64,000 nt of DNA from Dicyema japonicum (lineage: Eukaryota; Animalia; Dicyemida). Location of the stretch: positions 802,335 to 866,334 of the forward strand of contig RDEW01000005.1 of assembly GCA_011109175.1 (NCBI GenBank). The letters run 5' to 3'. A model generated the notes under the pieces. The model was not told the DNA's origin and did not search any database. It saw nothing but the letters and a program-made list of their open reading frames with translations. The first letter of the stretch is position 1. Every line of letters starts with the position of its first letter. Positions 63,293 through 64,000 of the stretch are shown in pieces. Made by a program: the position numbers and the translations under genes.

Positions 63293-64000
63293 AACGGGTC
63301 CGGACTCAAAATCCCGAAGACAAAACGAAGCAAAGAAATTGGGATGACATTGTCTGCTCCAAAATTTTGGAAGACCTTAAAAAAGAAGCAAATCAACATC
63401 GTCTGGCTTGTTTGGTGTCAGCTTCAAGTAGAGGGAGTGGAGCATGGCTTGGTGCAATACCTTGCCAAAACCTCGTGACCTTTTTGGACGACGATTCTTT
63501 GAGGATTGGAATCGGACAAAGGCTGGGACTGGACGTTTGCCAGGAGCACCGATGCCGATGCGGGAAAACAGTCGATGCGGAAAAACAGTCGATGCGAAAG
63601 GATTGCACCCGCTGTCCTGCAGAAGAAGCGCCGGAAGGGGACCACGTCATGCTGCTCTGAATGATGTATCGTCAGAGCTCCTGAAGGCTCAGGCTTGAAC
63701 CAGTTGGGTCTTGATCGAGAGAGGGAAGAGACCTGACGGGATGACCCTTTTCCCCTTCACGTCTGGAAGATCTTTGGTCTGGGACGCAACTTGCATAGAC
63801 ACGTTCTCAAGCACGAACATTTTTAAATCTGTTCAGACACCTGGAGCAGCTGCTTCGACTGCGGAAAACCTAAAAATCAAGAAATATTCTTGCCTCAAGG
63901 ATCGCTACCGATTTACTCCTGTTGCGAACGAATCATCGGGAGCCGTTGGTCCAATGACGGCTGAATTCTTGCAAGAACTCGGAGGATTGCTTGCCAGAAA
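63293..64000 (+). mobile_element. CRE-like RLE retrotransposon 3' portion (runs off the window)
   Basis: Close copy of 50907-50926 plus 51522-52205; SGAWLGAIP, zinc finger, RPDG..LVWDATC. Confidence 0.9.

Noticed and set aside
1-64000. CRISPR arrays, rRNA genes or prokaryotic operons
   Set aside because: No repeat-spacer arrays or rRNA motifs were seen, and gene content and spliceosomal introns are eukaryotic.

Overview
AT-rich eukaryotic DNA from a very compact, apparently animal genome. The gene set and GT-AG micro-introns of about 16-29 nt point to a reduced parasite such as a myxozoan or dicyemid (inference). Spliced genes recognised: glutathione synthetase, Cdt1, a tetraspanin, ATG7, LEKR1, two convergent RUN-FYVE (RUFY-like) paralogs, EMC10, ING3, a RING-H2 protein and TAPT1. 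There is also an intronless NDUFA8 and one tRNA-Gly(GCC). Most genes carry 1-nt frameshifts at short runs that look like consensus errors. Intergenic space is dominated by degraded TEs: APE-type LINEs, about a dozen CRE-like restriction-like-endonuclease (RLE) retrotransposon fragments, hAT/Buster remnants and a MITE, a pogo element and an rve integrase. Main leads: (1) a tRNA-derived SINE family shares a 3' stem-loop with the LINE at the window start; (2) a second short repeat family has a covarying RNA junction; (3) glutathione synthetase has a remodelled substrate-specificity loop; (4) rare long introns (ATG7, TAPT1, Cdt1, LEKR1) hold candidate cassette or poison exons, hairpins or motifs; (5) a templated copy of neighbouring DNA is inserted into a CRE element; (6) CACGTG appears over-represented. 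Coordinates were read by eye, so TE remnant boundaries are approximate.
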